This document shows positions 1 through 9,947 of a stretch of DNA of 64,000 nt, one piece after another. Source of the stretch: an uncultured Gemmatimonadota bacterium (lineage in GTDB: Bacteria > SM23-81 > DAOVCL01); NCBI GenBank assembly GCA_964626665.1, contig CAZVGK010000010.1:22850-86849 (forward strand), in the 5' to 3' direction. The notes under the pieces were generated by a model. It was not told where the DNA came from and searched no databases. It was given only the letters and a program-made list of their open reading frames with translations. The translations under genes and the position numbers were made by a program. Within the stretch, counting starts at the first letter, position 1. Every line of letters starts with the position of its first letter.

Positions 1-170
1 ATACTGGGTTAGGGAGCTTAGATAAGCTCTATAATGCCGTAACCGTTTTTACTTGCTGCCGATCCCAGAAGGCAAAGACGGTTATGGGGAGGGGAATGAG
101 CACTGAAGATACATCCTTATTAAAAAAGCAAAGGCGTAGATGATTGCACTGCAAAAAGGCTGAAGGTTGG

Positions 171-244
171 GTAGCCGCAACCTTCAGGTTGCGTAAGTAG
201 TTGGTTTATCGAGCTCCTTTTCGCAGGCTAAAGCCTGCGGCTAC
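171..244. repeat. GTAG-type REP/REPIN-like doublet
   Basis: GTAGCCGCAACCTTCAGGTTGCG ... CGCAGGCTAAAGCCTGCGGCTAC: two hairpins with inverted GTAG/CTAC ends. Related copies at 21327-21348, 52987-53039 and a deleted copy near 19965. Confidence 0.75.
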
Positions 245-309
245 CGATTTTAGTTTTTGTAGTAGAATAGATGGCATTGAAAATTGAAAAGGGAATAACC
301 TTAAAGATT

Positions 310-1140
310 ATGGAATATAAGGTAATAACTCCGAATGATTCTGAATATCCGAAAAGGCTCGTTGAAAGGTTAGGAGACAAATCTCCTGAGAAGATATATT
401 ATAGCGGCCCATTAGAATTCCTTGACCGTTTCACTATGGCAGTGATTTCTGCTGATTCGATAACTGGGCAGGCACTGAATGAGACAAATCAGGTTCTGTT
501 CACTGTAAGGGAATATGAGATGAATTATATTGGTGGTTGGCATTCGGTAATGGAAACCGAGATTTTCCGGTTGGGGCTATTCAGAAGAAATACTACGGTA
601 ACTCTCTTTACTGCAAAAGGGTTGCAGGTTGAGACATTTGAATTTTTTCTGAAGGATAGGTTTTATCCCCCCTTGCACGAATTTCCGGAAAGGGATGAGT
701 ATTTCAGACGGGTCAAAACTGGTGAATTATTGATACTTTCTCTTAGTGACCCGGATGAGACGAGGCAGTTGCGAAAGAATATAATGGAGAGAAACTGGAT
801 ATCTTGTGCTCTTGCCGATATTGTTTTTATCCCCTATGGTCCCAAAGGCTCAAAGACTTACACAATGGCGAAGAGAATTTCTTCCACGAATATACCGGCC
901 TTTACACTTGATAGTGGCGAATGCAAGGACCTTCTTCAACTTGGCATTCCTGGATTTAAGCGAAAAACAGTGAAAGCCTTCCTTGAGGGCAACGGGGCAA
1001 AATTAGCAGTTCCACCGGATGAGATAAGGAAGTCTGTTGAAGCATATAAAAATCCAACGAGTCAGCAACTATCATTTATAAAGGAGCCCACCCAGACGGA
1101 ACTAGAGTTTAAGAAAAACAGCAAGGATAGTGAGCCATAA
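310..1140 (+). CDS. DprA/Smf-like (SLOG superfamily) protein, divergent
   Basis: N-terminal 'SEYPKRL..RLG..SPEKIYYSG' and 'RNWISCALADIVFIP...GSKT' resemble DprA motifs. Start placed at ATG 310; ORF track starts at 271. Confidence 0.6.
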   Translation: MEYKVITPNDSEYPKRLVERLGDKSPEKIYYSGPLEFLDRFTMAVISADSITGQALNETNQVLFTVREYEMNYIGGWHSVMETEIFRLGLFRRNTTVTLFTAKGLQVETFEFFLKDRFYPPLHEFPERDEYFRRVKTGELLILSLSDPDETRQLRKNIMERNWISCALADIVFIPYGPKGSKTYTMAKRISSTNIPAFTLDSGECKDLLQLGIPGFKRKTVKAFLEGNGAKLAVPPDEIRKSVEAYKNPTSQQLSFIKEPTQTELEFKKNSKDSEP

Positions 1141-1221
1141 GTATTGTTAGGGCTTATTGCTCTATAACCATCCTTGCCTGCCATCGACTTCAGAAAGTAA
1201 GGACAATTAGGGGGAAGGAGA

Positions 1222-3243
1222 ATGGAAAAAGACCTCTTTGAGAAAAAAGAAGCGCAGATGGTTAGCAAACACAACATTCTCGAAAACTATCTTGAGCCGT
1301 GGATAATAATCTTTTCCTCTGCGGGACAAAAATGGGCAAAGAAACTATATTATGTGGATGCCTTTGCTGGAACGGGAAGATTTGCTACCGGAGAAGAGGG
1401 TTCTCCAGTAATTGGAGCAAGACTTTTGAGGCATTACTGGAAACCGCAAATATACTACTGTTGTATATGCATAGAAAAGGAAAGCAAACGAGTAAAGGAA
1501 CTTGAAAGTGAATTAAATCAATTTCGAGATAAAGTGGATATAAAAATTTACCCCGGTGAATTTGATGATAAAACGGATGAAGTGATTAACGAAATTGGTA
1601 ATCATCCTGCCTTTTTCTTGATTGATCCTGAAGGGTTTTCAGGGATGAGCTTTTTGTCTATTGAAAAAATTCTTGAGTTACCGCATAAAGAAGTTCTAAT
1701 TAACTTTCAATATAATGCAGTACAACGCTGGTTGAAAGCAAAAAAGGTGGGAAAAACAATTACTGATTTATTTGGAACTGACAAGTGGATAGAGATTCCC
1801 CGAAAGGGACTCCAGAAAAGCGAAAAGGAAAGAGCATTAGTCGAACTTTATAAATCCCAGTTGAGAGCAAAGGGATATTATGTCTGGTACTTCAGGAATA
1901 AAATCCCAGCAAAGAATAGAACATTCTACTATCTTGTTTACGCTACCAGGAACCTCACAGGTTTTAAGATAATGAAGGGAGTGATTTTTAAGGAAGAAAG
2001 TAGAAGATATTTTGAGCCAAATTTATTTGAGGAAGTAGATTTTACGGAGTTTCAAAACGAATTGTTAAGAAAGTATAAAGGAACTAAGGTTTTGTATAAA
2101 GAAGTTTTGGTGTATGTTTTACAGGAAACGAACTATCTGGCAGGGGACCTGGATTTAGTTATAAAAAATGTGAGAATTAAAAAGGAATATAACCCAAAAG
2201 AAAGGAATAACTTCTGGCTTGTTTTCCCTATGTCTTACGGAGCATTGAATACTCGTAAATTCCATATTCGGGAGAGTGATATTTCTTTTGTATCTCCTAA
2301 AACTATTACAAGAGGGCCAAGAATCTTATACAATGAGGAAGATTTAGTAAGGCAGGTTGCTGATGGCTCCATCATTAAACGATTTGATAAAACTCCTTAT
2401 CCAGTTAAGCCCACGGATGTTGTTTGTCCTCATTTCCTTGAGTTGAAATGGGCTTATGGGTGTCCGTTTAATTGTAGCTGGTGTTACTTGAAGGGCACTT
2501 TTCGTTTTAGGCCGGAGGGGATAAAACCTGCTTATAAACCTATGGAAAAGGTAAAATTGCATACGGAGACATTTCTTCAGAAAGTGAAGATTCCAGAGAT
2601 TCTTAATACTGGTGAGATAGCCGATTCCTTAATGAAAGAGAATGGTGATAGTCCATTCTCTAAATTCATCATCCCCATCTTTGAAACTCAGAACATGCAC
2701 AAGGTTTTGTTTGTTACCAAATCATCGAATATAAAGAACTTTTTAGAGATGCCCTCTCATAGGCAGGTTATAGTGAGTTTCAGTCTTAATGCTTTCCCGG
2801 TAGCAGAGAGGTGGGAGAAAGGGGCTCCCCCTGTTCCAAAACGAATCGAGGCGGCGAAGAAAGTCGCCGACGCAGGCTATGAAGTCAGGATAAGAATTGA
2901 CCCAATGATACCAGTGGAAAACTGGAAGGAATATTATATCCAACTGATAGACGAGATATTCACGAGATTTGTTCCTGAAAGAATTACCTTGGGTTCTTTA
3001 AGAGGGCTTCAGAGCACAATCAACGGCACTAATGACACCAGTTGGGTTAAATATCTAAAAGAAAGCTCAAACTGGGGGAGAAAAATAGATTTTACCACAA
3101 GATGTAGAATCTACAAAACCATTATTGGGTATCTGAGTGACAAATACAATTATTCCCATATAGCCTTGTGCAAGGAAACAAAGGCGATGTGGGAGAAATT
3201 AGGGATGGATTGGACCCAGATTAGATGTAATTGCGTATGGTAG
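1222..3243 (+). CDS. Fusion of three-Cys-motif partner protein (TcmP-like, methyltransferase fold) with spore photoproduct lyase-like radical SAM domain
   Basis: N-half: 'KH.IL..YL..W', 'YVDAFAGTG', 'EGSP', 'FFLIDPEG', 'EVLINF'. C-half: 'GCPFNCSWCYL' (CxxxCxxC), 'TGEIADSL', 'VTKS', 'SFSLN', 'RIDPMIP', 'LCKE'. Confidence 0.8.
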   Translation: MEKDLFEKKEAQMVSKHNILENYLEPWIIIFSSAGQKWAKKLYYVDAFAGTGRFATGEEGSPVIGARLLRHYWKPQIYYCCICIEKESKRVKELESELNQFRDKVDIKIYPGEFDDKTDEVINEIGNHPAFFLIDPEGFSGMSFLSIEKILELPHKEVLINFQYNAVQRWLKAKKVGKTITDLFGTDKWIEIPRKGLQKSEKERALVELYKSQLRAKGYYVWYFRNKIPAKNRTFYYLVYATRNLTGFKIMKGVIFKEESRRYFEPNLFEEVDFTEFQNELLRKYKGTKVLYKEVLVYVLQETNYLAGDLDLVIKNVRIKKEYNPKERNNFWLVFPMSYGALNTRKFHIRESDISFVSPKTITRGPRILYNEEDLVRQVADGSIIKRFDKTPYPVKPTDVVCPHFLELKWAYGCPFNCSWCYLKGTFRFRPEGIKPAYKPMEKVKLHTETFLQKVKIPEILNTGEIADSLMKENGDSPFSKFIIPIFETQNMHKVLFVTKSSNIKNFLEMPSHRQVIVSFSLNAFPVAERWEKGAPPVPKRIEAAKKVADAGYEVRIRIDPMIPVENWKEYYIQLIDEIFTRFVPERITLGSLRGLQSTINGTNDTSWVKYLKESSNWGRKIDFTTRCRIYKTIIGYLSDKYNYSHIALCKETKAMWEKLGMDWTQIRCNCVW

Positions 3244-3408
3244 AATAATGGAGTTTCTGAATTAAAGGATTCGTCTTATGCTAAAAAACACCGAATGACA
3301 CCGAAAAAAATAGCACTTCATTCTTGAGTGAAACTTTTGTTTTGGATTTGTTCAGTGATTTTCGGTGTTTAATGTCCAACCCGGGATTATTAGAGATGGT
3401 AAAAGCTG

Positions 3409-3747
3409 ATGGGTAAAAATACGAAAAATATACCGGATTTGGAGAGGCTGATCAATTTTATATCCTCGAAATATCTTCCAGAGAAGATCATTCTCTTTGG
3501 CTCTTACGGAACCCCATCAAGACGAGATAATTCCGATATAGACCTGCTGATCATAAAAAAGACAGATAAGAAGTTTGTAGATAGAGTAGTAGAACTGATG
3601 CAGCTCATCAGGAGTCAATTTGGGGTTGAATATCCTGTTGAGCCTCTTGTTTATACTCCAGCCGAATTTAGAGGAGCCGAAATGACAAGCAGTCTATTTA
3701 TTCGGACAGTTTTGTCGAAAGGGGTTATTTTGTATGAAAAAAAATAA
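3409..3747 (+). CDS. Minimal nucleotidyltransferase (MNT antitoxin)
   Basis: 'IILFGS......SDIDLLII' motif; overlaps the downstream HEPN gene. Confidence 0.9.
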   Translation: MGKNTKNIPDLERLINFISSKYLPEKIILFGSYGTPSRRDNSDIDLLIIKKTDKKFVDRVVELMQLIRSQFGVEYPVEPLVYTPAEFRGAEMTSSLFIRTVLSKGVILYEKK

Positions 3748-4141
3748 ACCTGCAGCGGAGATTTGGCTGAGAAAAGCTAAGGAGGATCTTGCCTTTGCGG
3801 AGGCTGGTTGGAAGGAGAGCAAGATAGCATCAGTTACCTGCGTGCTTTGCCAGCAGGCGGTAGAGAAGGCCTTGAAATCTCTTCTGGAATTAGAAAATAT
3901 CAGCATAGAAAGAACCCCGTCTCTTAAGACTCACAGATTGGTGGATATAATTGAGGAATGTAGAGGATATTATCCTCAGGTAGAGATGTTCACCGATGAT
4001 TGTGACAAATTAACGGTCTATTATTTTGATAGGTATCCAGCTGATATTCCCTTGAATTTGACCGAAGAAGATGCCGCATTTGCCCTGGAGACAGCGGAGA
4101 AGATCCTAAGTTCTGTAGAGGGGATAATATCAAAAGCCTGA
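3734..4141 (+). CDS. HEPN domain protein (MNT-HEPN pair)
   Basis: 'WLRKAKEDL..A', 'CQQAVEKALKS', 'KTHRL', 'RYP'. Confidence 0.9.
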   Translation: MKKNKPAAEIWLRKAKEDLAFAEAGWKESKIASVTCVLCQQAVEKALKSLLELENISIERTPSLKTHRLVDIIEECRGYYPQVEMFTDDCDKLTVYYFDRYPADIPLNLTEEDAAFALETAEKILSSVEGIISKA

Positions 4142-4229
4142 AGGGATTGAGGAATCCTTCGCATGATGATGACATCCCCAAAGAGCGATTGGGGATATAT
4201 CCAGAAGATTGTGATGTGAGGAGGTGTTT

Positions 4230-4772
4230 ATGAAAGTTGGCCTCTTAAGCGACAGCCACGGTGAGTTGGAGAACCTGCGTCGGGCCGCCAAAGTTCTGGC
4301 CGATCAGGTGGAACTCATCGTCCACCTGGGGGACGATTGGGATGATTGCCGGGTGCTTGAGGAGATGGGTCTGAAATTCATCAGGGTGCCCGGGGTCTTC
4401 AGCAGTTACTATCAGGCCCCTCAGATCGCCAACCGCAGGATAGAGAAGTTCAACCACTGGAAGGTTCTTCTCTCCCATACCTCTACCTCCCATAAGAACG
4501 ATCTTCCTCAGGATATGAAACCAGAGGTTGTTGTGGCCAGAAGGGAGGTAGATGTTGTCCTCTATGGCCATACCCATATCCCTAAAATTGAGAAATCACA
4601 GGGGATCTTATGGGTCAACCCCGGCCATCTGAAACCGGAGGATAGGAAGGGATACTCTCCCAGCTATGCCATCTTAGATTTTGGGCCCCAAGAGGTTTGG
4701 GTTAGAATCTTTGGCCTGGAGAAGGGGGAGATCTTGGCCGAGAGTGAAATTAGGGACACTTCCCATTTTTAA
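4230..4772 (+). CDS. Metallophosphoesterase, YfcE/MJ0936 family
   Basis: 'SDSHG', 'HLGD', 'GHTH', 'NPG' motifs; RBS GGAGGTG before ATG 4230. Confidence 0.9.
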   Translation: MKVGLLSDSHGELENLRRAAKVLADQVELIVHLGDDWDDCRVLEEMGLKFIRVPGVFSSYYQAPQIANRRIEKFNHWKVLLSHTSTSHKNDLPQDMKPEVVVARREVDVVLYGHTHIPKIEKSQGILWVNPGHLKPEDRKGYSPSYAILDFGPQEVWVRIFGLEKGEILAESEIRDTSHF

Positions 4773-4998
4773 AAATAAACTTTAGATTAAGGTTGCATAA
4801 GTGCACACCCTCTATCAGACACTGGAAATCACTGAAACAATGAGAAACTCTGAGGAAGAATGTGCATTATAATTTTTGATTGGTTCGGTGTTATTCGGTA
4901 TTTTCTTGAATAATTTGGAATAAAGGTCCTGTAAATCCTATTATCCGGTCAGAAAAGCCCGCTTGCAGGGCGCTTAGTAGAGTTTAACCCCGGTTTGG

Positions 4999-5589
4999 CT
5001 ACCAGCCGAGTTCTACCTTGAGGGCGGCCCAGCTCTTTGCCCCATTTCTTTCCACGGGTTCATCCCTCCAGAAGCTTAGCCTCCAGAGGTTATCGTCCCC
5101 TAAGCTCAGCCTGAAACAGGCCAGGCCAGAGGCGGGATGGGATAAGGGGGCATTGGCAGATCCCTCCACCACCAGATAGTAGCGTCGATATAGGGTTGCC
5201 TTCTTGGGGTAAGTCTCATCGGGGAGCAGGCTGTCTTCTTCCAGGGAGAGAAAGATGGAGACGGAATCCGGAATCACCTGGGAGAATATTCCCTGGGTGA
5301 CCTTTACCTCCTTGGTCTTGTCCCAGTCCTGAAAAAGAGATGGGGAGCGGAGAGACTCCTCTGGTGCAGAGAAGGTAAAGGATTTCGCCAAGCAGTTGGC
5401 AAAGTTGACTAAGGATTCATCTCTGTAGGCCCTGGTCAGGTTGTTTATCACCTCTTGGGGTCTGGTGGGGACCTCCCATCTACCTGCCTTTCCCTTTGGC
5501 TCTCCGCTTTTCCGTAAGGAAAAGGGGTTCTTGCAGGCTGTTCCCCAGATGAGGAGAAGTATAAAAAGTAAGAAGACCTTTTTATTCAT
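4999..5589 (-). CDS. Hypothetical lipoprotein, possibly NTF2-like fold
   Basis: Signal peptide with lipobox-like 'GTAC'; start abuts the stop of the upstream gene. Confidence 0.65.
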   Translation of the reverse strand: MNKKVFLLFILLLIWGTACKNPFSLRKSGEPKGKAGRWEVPTRPQEVINNLTRAYRDESLVNFANCLAKSFTFSAPEESLRSPSLFQDWDKTKEVKVTQGIFSQVIPDSVSIFLSLEEDSLLPDETYPKKATLYRRYYLVVEGSANAPLSHPASGLACFRLSLGDDNLWRLSFWRDEPVERNGAKSWAALKVELGW

Positions 5590-7331
5590 TAGTAGAACAG
5601 GTTAATGTTTAAATTGAGGTAATCGAAGCTCTCCCCACCAAGAATGACCCTGCGGCTGCCCCGGAACAGGATCAGACCCCCTCTGCCCAGGGAGAGGCTT
5701 CCCTCTAAGGATAAGCGTAGTCTTTTCTCCTTTGCCGAAAGACCCCACCCACCTCCTAAGGGGGAGACCTCTGGGGTCCATTCCCTCTCTACCCTGTAGC
5801 TCAGGCCTGGGGCAAACCGCAGGCCCTTGTTGGGTAGATAACCGAAGGAGAAGCCCCATTGATTGGTTGTTCTCTTCCAGCTTAACCTTTCCACCCACTC
5901 GTCCTCCCACTTTAGTTTTCCATAATCCTCCCACCTATGGAGGTAGTTTAGTTTCCCATTGAGCCTACTGCTCAGCCTCCAGGAGAGCTCGCTCTTCGCC
6001 TCCAAGCCCCGCAAGAGATTATCCATCTGTTGGCTCTGGGCCCAGTCATAAGTCTGGTATCGGGCGTTTAGCCTGAATTTCTGCCAGAGGGATAACCATT
6101 TGCCTATCCTCCAGATCGTTGCCGGAGCCAGGGAGTAGTTAGTGATGGAGTTGTTGTCTGCCGATTTCTCCCCCTGGATATAAACCTGTCTCTTTATCTC
6201 CATCTCCCCCCTGACTTTGAGGTGGAGGTAGGGAGTCAAACGGTGGAATATATGCCCTCGCAGAAACCTGTTGGCCTCATCCCGATTGTCATAGTTAGTC
6301 TGGACCAGTGGTTTTATTGACCTCAACCCGGCGAAGCCCTCAAACTTTAGGGAATCAGCAGGGGATGGAATCCAACTGACCATCCCTCCTAACTCTCCGC
6401 TCTCCAGTTTCTCATCTCTGAGATCCTCCTCGTAATCGTCCTGCCCTCGTAGGTATCTGTAGAAGAGGGAGAGCCGATAGCGATTTCCCCAGGGGTGCTC
6501 AAGAGTGAGGGAGAATCCATCCCTGAGTTCCTTTACCACCTTGGCCCATTTTTCCTTCATCCAGCGGCGATGGGTGATCGCCTGGGAACGGAAGAGGAAG
6601 AGGTCTCCCCGAAAACCCTTAATCAGGCTAATCCGGGAGTTAAACCTTGCCTCTCTTACCCTTTCCCTTCTCCCTCCGGTGGAGTCTAAATTATCCCCCA
6701 AAAAGTAGTTCCTCTCCTGGGTGGAATCCAGAAGGGAAACCCCGTTCTTGACCCCCCAGCTCTTCAGTCTTATTTGGAAGCCAAGGTTACTCCCTTTCTT
6801 GGGGACCAGGCTCAGGGCCTCTTTCCTCTGGCTAAACTTGAGGTTTGCTGTAATCTTTTGATCTAAGGGGAGTTTTATCCTTCCCTGCAAGCCATAAAGC
6901 AAACCGGATAGCGAGGACCCTTCGTCCCTTCTCAAGGAGATCCCGCCCCCTTGCAGGGAAAGAAAGAGATTGGGACCCTGTTGCAGCTCTATCCCTGACC
7001 CCACTTTGGCCTCCCTTCTTCCTTGGCCCCTCACTTCCATTTCTGTCCCGACAAAGAAGGGGTTCCAAGAGAGGTTATTCCTTAGGGGCATAAAAAGGTT
7101 AAACCCTAAGAACCGATTCCTCTCCCTCCTCTCCAAGCCAGGGAGAGAGAAGAGGGAAGAGGTAGTGAGGCCCTTGAGGTTGACCCTCAGCCCGGGTAGG
7201 CTATCTTGATAAAGGATTGTGTTTCCCCACCTTTTCGTTCGACCATTTAGGTCATAGTCGAAGCGGTACTCTAAGGCTGAGGCGGTTATGGGTAAGCTAA
7301 GCAAAAAGATGGCTATAAATTTAAGTTTCAT
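5589..7331 (-). CDS. Putative outer-membrane beta-barrel protein
   Basis: Signal peptide, alternating amphipathic strands, aromatic C-terminus 'LNINLFY'. Confidence 0.6.
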   Translation of the reverse strand: MKLKFIAIFLLSLPITASALEYRFDYDLNGRTKRWGNTILYQDSLPGLRVNLKGLTTSSLFSLPGLERRERNRFLGFNLFMPLRNNLSWNPFFVGTEMEVRGQGRREAKVGSGIELQQGPNLFLSLQGGGISLRRDEGSSLSGLLYGLQGRIKLPLDQKITANLKFSQRKEALSLVPKKGSNLGFQIRLKSWGVKNGVSLLDSTQERNYFLGDNLDSTGGRRERVREARFNSRISLIKGFRGDLFLFRSQAITHRRWMKEKWAKVVKELRDGFSLTLEHPWGNRYRLSLFYRYLRGQDDYEEDLRDEKLESGELGGMVSWIPSPADSLKFEGFAGLRSIKPLVQTNYDNRDEANRFLRGHIFHRLTPYLHLKVRGEMEIKRQVYIQGEKSADNNSITNYSLAPATIWRIGKWLSLWQKFRLNARYQTYDWAQSQQMDNLLRGLEAKSELSWRLSSRLNGKLNYLHRWEDYGKLKWEDEWVERLSWKRTTNQWGFSFGYLPNKGLRFAPGLSYRVEREWTPEVSPLGGGWGLSAKEKRLRLSLEGSLSLGRGGLILFRGSRRVILGGESFDYLNLNINLFY

Positions 7332-7356
7332 CTTTGTGGATATATATATTCCCAGA

Positions 7357-7510
7357 GTAACAGTTCACCACGGACTCTCACGGAATGGACCACCAGCAAT
7401 GGTCAATTAGCAATTAACAATTAGCAAGTTAAAATGAAATAAAGCCAGAAAATCTGAGGTGTAAAGTTCCATTGATAATTGTCAATTGTTAATTGGTCAT
7501 TTCGTATCTG
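7357..7510. repeat. Composite repeat element (AACAGTTCACCACGGA end plus inverted CAATTAR heptamer arrays), copy 1
   Basis: ~150 bp homologous to 9151-9330. Confidence 0.8.
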
Positions 7511-7520
7511 CTCAGGGTTA

Positions 7521-8354
7521 TCAGCTCTGAATTTTATGCAGATAATCCCAGAGAACCATACTCAAACGGGAGAAATCCTCCAGGCTGAGAACCTCCCCCC
7601 TCAGGGAAGGGTCAATCCCGGCCCGGGAGAAGACCTCATCCTCCTTCCCCGGGGGAAGGAGCTCCTTTAAAGCATTTTTGATAGTTTTTCTCCTCTTTCC
7701 AAATGCCCCCTTGACTAACTTCCTGAAGAAGAGCTCATCTGGAAGGGGAACGGCTGGTTTTTCCCGCACCATTAACCTTAAGACAGTAGCTTCCACTTTG
7801 GGCCTGGGCCGGAAGGAGGAAGGGGAGAGGTCAAACAGCTTAGTGGGGCGGAAGTATAGTTGGGAGATAACCGATAGGGAGCTATAGTCCTTCCCTCCCG
7901 GAGGTGAAGTAACCCTCTTGGCCACTTCCTTCTGTAGGGTTAAGACAATTTGCTTGATCCTCTCCCTCTGAGTAATCAGCTTCTCTATAACCGGAGAGGT
8001 AAGATGATAGGGTATGTTTCCCACAAGCTTCAGATTTCTCCCCCAAGGGGAGAGATCAAATTTTAAGAAGTCCTCACAGAAGATGAGAAGCTTCTCAGAC
8101 TTTAGGTATTCCTCGAGGATCTGATAGAGACGATGGTCTATCTCTACCCCGATCACCTGAGCTCCATACTTAAGGAGTTCTCTGGTGAGGAGACCACTCC
8201 CCGGTCCGATCTCCACTACCACATCCTGGGGGACAAGTTGCAGGTTTTGCGCAATTTTTTGGGCGGCTGCCCGGTTGATGAGGAAATTCTGGCCTAAACT
8301 CCTTTTGGGGAGAAACCTTAGTCCCAGTGAGGGGAGCAGAATTCCCCTCCTCAT
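7521..8354 (-). CDS. rsmA: 16S rRNA m6,6A dimethyltransferase
   Basis: 'KRSLGQNFL', 'VEIGPGSG', 'VGNIPYHLT', 'LQKEVA', 'RRKT'. Confidence 0.97.
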   Translation of the reverse strand: MRRGILLPSLGLRFLPKRSLGQNFLINRAAAQKIAQNLQLVPQDVVVEIGPGSGLLTRELLKYGAQVIGVEIDHRLYQILEEYLKSEKLLIFCEDFLKFDLSPWGRNLKLVGNIPYHLTSPVIEKLITQRERIKQIVLTLQKEVAKRVTSPPGGKDYSSLSVISQLYFRPTKLFDLSPSSFRPRPKVEATVLRLMVREKPAVPLPDELFFRKLVKGAFGKRRKTIKNALKELLPPGKEDEVFSRAGIDPSLRGEVLSLEDFSRLSMVLWDYLHKIQS

Positions 8355-9133
8355 TTGGCCTTTACCTCCGAAAGAGCAAAGAGCCTAATTGCTGCTTGGG
8401 TGGTAGTGGTGACTAAGGTCTCTAGATCCATCCCTTTAGCCAGGGCGATCCTTTCAGCCACCAGTCTTACCCATTTCGGCTCGTTCCTCTCCCCTCGATG
8501 GGGAACCGGGGCCAGGTAGGGACTGTCCGTCTCCAATAGAAGCCTCTCCAAGGGGACTGACTTGGCTACCTCCAGGGCCTGGGATTTGGGAAAGGTAATC
8601 AGTCCGGTAAAGGAGATGTGCAGACCCATAGCCAGTGCCTTTTCCGCCTGTTCTCTGGTCCCCTCAAAGCAGTGGAGAACCCCTTTCCGCCCTCTGTTCT
8701 CCTCCTGGAGAACCCTTAGGGCCTCCTCAACAGCTCCTCTGGTATGCACCACTATGGGGAGATTCAACTCCTGGGCCAATTCTACCTGGGCCCTAAATGC
8801 CACCACCTGATCTGATTTTGGGGAGAGGTTTCTGTAGAAGTCCAACCCTATCTCCCCAATGGCCTTCACTTGAGGGCTCCGGGCAAGTTCCCTCAATTTA
8901 AGCAGGTCGCCCGGCTTAAACCCTTTGGCCTCATGGGGGTGAATACCTACGGCGGCAAAGAGGCCGGCAAACTTTTGGGCAAGCTCGATAGCCATCCGGC
9001 TGGAGGGAAAGTCTATTCCAGGGACGAGGATATGGCCTATTCCCACATCCTTTGCCCTTTGGATAACCTCTTCCCTGTCGGGATCGAACTCGGGGAGGTT
9101 AAGATGGGCGTGGGTATCTATGAAGGGTATCAT
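8351..9133 (-). CDS. tatD: TatD family hydrolase
   Basis: 'IDTHAHL', 'GIHPH', 'IGEIGLD', 'HCF', 'LETDSPYLAP'. Confidence 0.96.
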   Translation of the reverse strand: MIPFIDTHAHLNLPEFDPDREEVIQRAKDVGIGHILVPGIDFPSSRMAIELAQKFAGLFAAVGIHPHEAKGFKPGDLLKLRELARSPQVKAIGEIGLDFYRNLSPKSDQVVAFRAQVELAQELNLPIVVHTRGAVEEALRVLQEENRGRKGVLHCFEGTREQAEKALAMGLHISFTGLITFPKSQALEVAKSVPLERLLLETDSPYLAPVPHRGERNEPKWVRLVAERIALAKGMDLETLVTTTTQAAIRLFALSEVKAK

Positions 9134-9150
9134 CTTTCACCTCAAAAAGA

Positions 9151-9330
9151 TAACAGTCCACCACGGAATCTCACGGAGTGGACCAACATCAATGGTCAAT
9201 TAACAATTAGCAAGTTAAAATGAAATGAAGTCAGAAAATCCTGAGGTGCATGCCATTTTTCATTGATAATTGTTCATTAATCATTGACCATTTCTTCTTC
9301 TGTCCGTGGTTATAAGTTGTGAACTATCTG
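9151..9330. repeat. Composite repeat element, copy 2
   Basis: TAACAGTCCACCACGGAATCTCACGGA ... TCCGTGGT ... GTGAACTAT; homologous to 7357-7510. Confidence 0.8.
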
Positions 9331-9555
9331 CAAAAAAAGTAAATTTGCCCCTCCTGTCAAGCTAAATAAAATGAACCGAGGGCGGGGAATAGCTGAACGG
9401 TCAGGTGCTCCAATGGTCTCCTCCCCTTTGAGTTCTATCAAATGAGGCACCAAAAAGGGGAAGCTACCGGAATCCTCCAGTGACTTCCCCTTTATGGAGT
9501 GAGGTTTTCAGATGTTTTAGATTCCAAACTTGGCCGTCTGCGGCGGGGTTTTTTT

Positions 9556-9610
9556 GACAGGATAACAGGATTTACATGATTTTTATCCCTTTCATCCTGT
9601 CAATCCTGTC
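9556..9610. repeat. GACAGGAT inverted 9-mer element
   Basis: GACAGGATAACAGGATTTACATGA...ATCCTGTCAATCCTGTC; relatives near 19388, 20117-20175 and 22160-22350. Confidence 0.75.
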
Positions 9611-9763
9611 CAAGAAGTGGGAATTCCTCTACATTCAAGCTGATAGCCGACCGCTGACCTCAATCTACGATCCACGAGCAACGAACCCTGGCTGTGGACT
9701 TCCCCATTTTCCATTTTCTTACTTCCTGAATCAGGTGTTTGCTAACCGACCTTTGCTTCCTGC

Positions 9764-9943
9764 TCAGGATCTTTTTGCTTTTACGGATTCAATTCGTTTC
9801 GCCTGAAGCAAGATGAACTTCCGACCGCTCTTAACCTCTTGATCTTTGAGATCACGGTATATGCTATCTATGTCATAATCAAATTGCTTGGCGTAGGCGT
9901 CCCGTATGGCCCGCACCTCTTCAACAATTGGGTCTCGCCACAT
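9764..9943 (-). CDS. Small 59-aa partner of the PIN protein (probable antitoxin), absent from ORF track
   Basis: Hand translation MWRDPIVEEVRAIRDAYAKQFDYDIDSIYRDLKDQEVKSGRKFILLQAKRIESVKAKRS*; RBS GGAGG inside the end of the PIN gene. Confidence 0.8.
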   Translation of the reverse strand: MWRDPIVEEVRAIRDAYAKQFDYDIDSIYRDLKDQEVKSGRKFILLQAKRIESVKAKRS

Positions 9944-9947
9944 AAGA

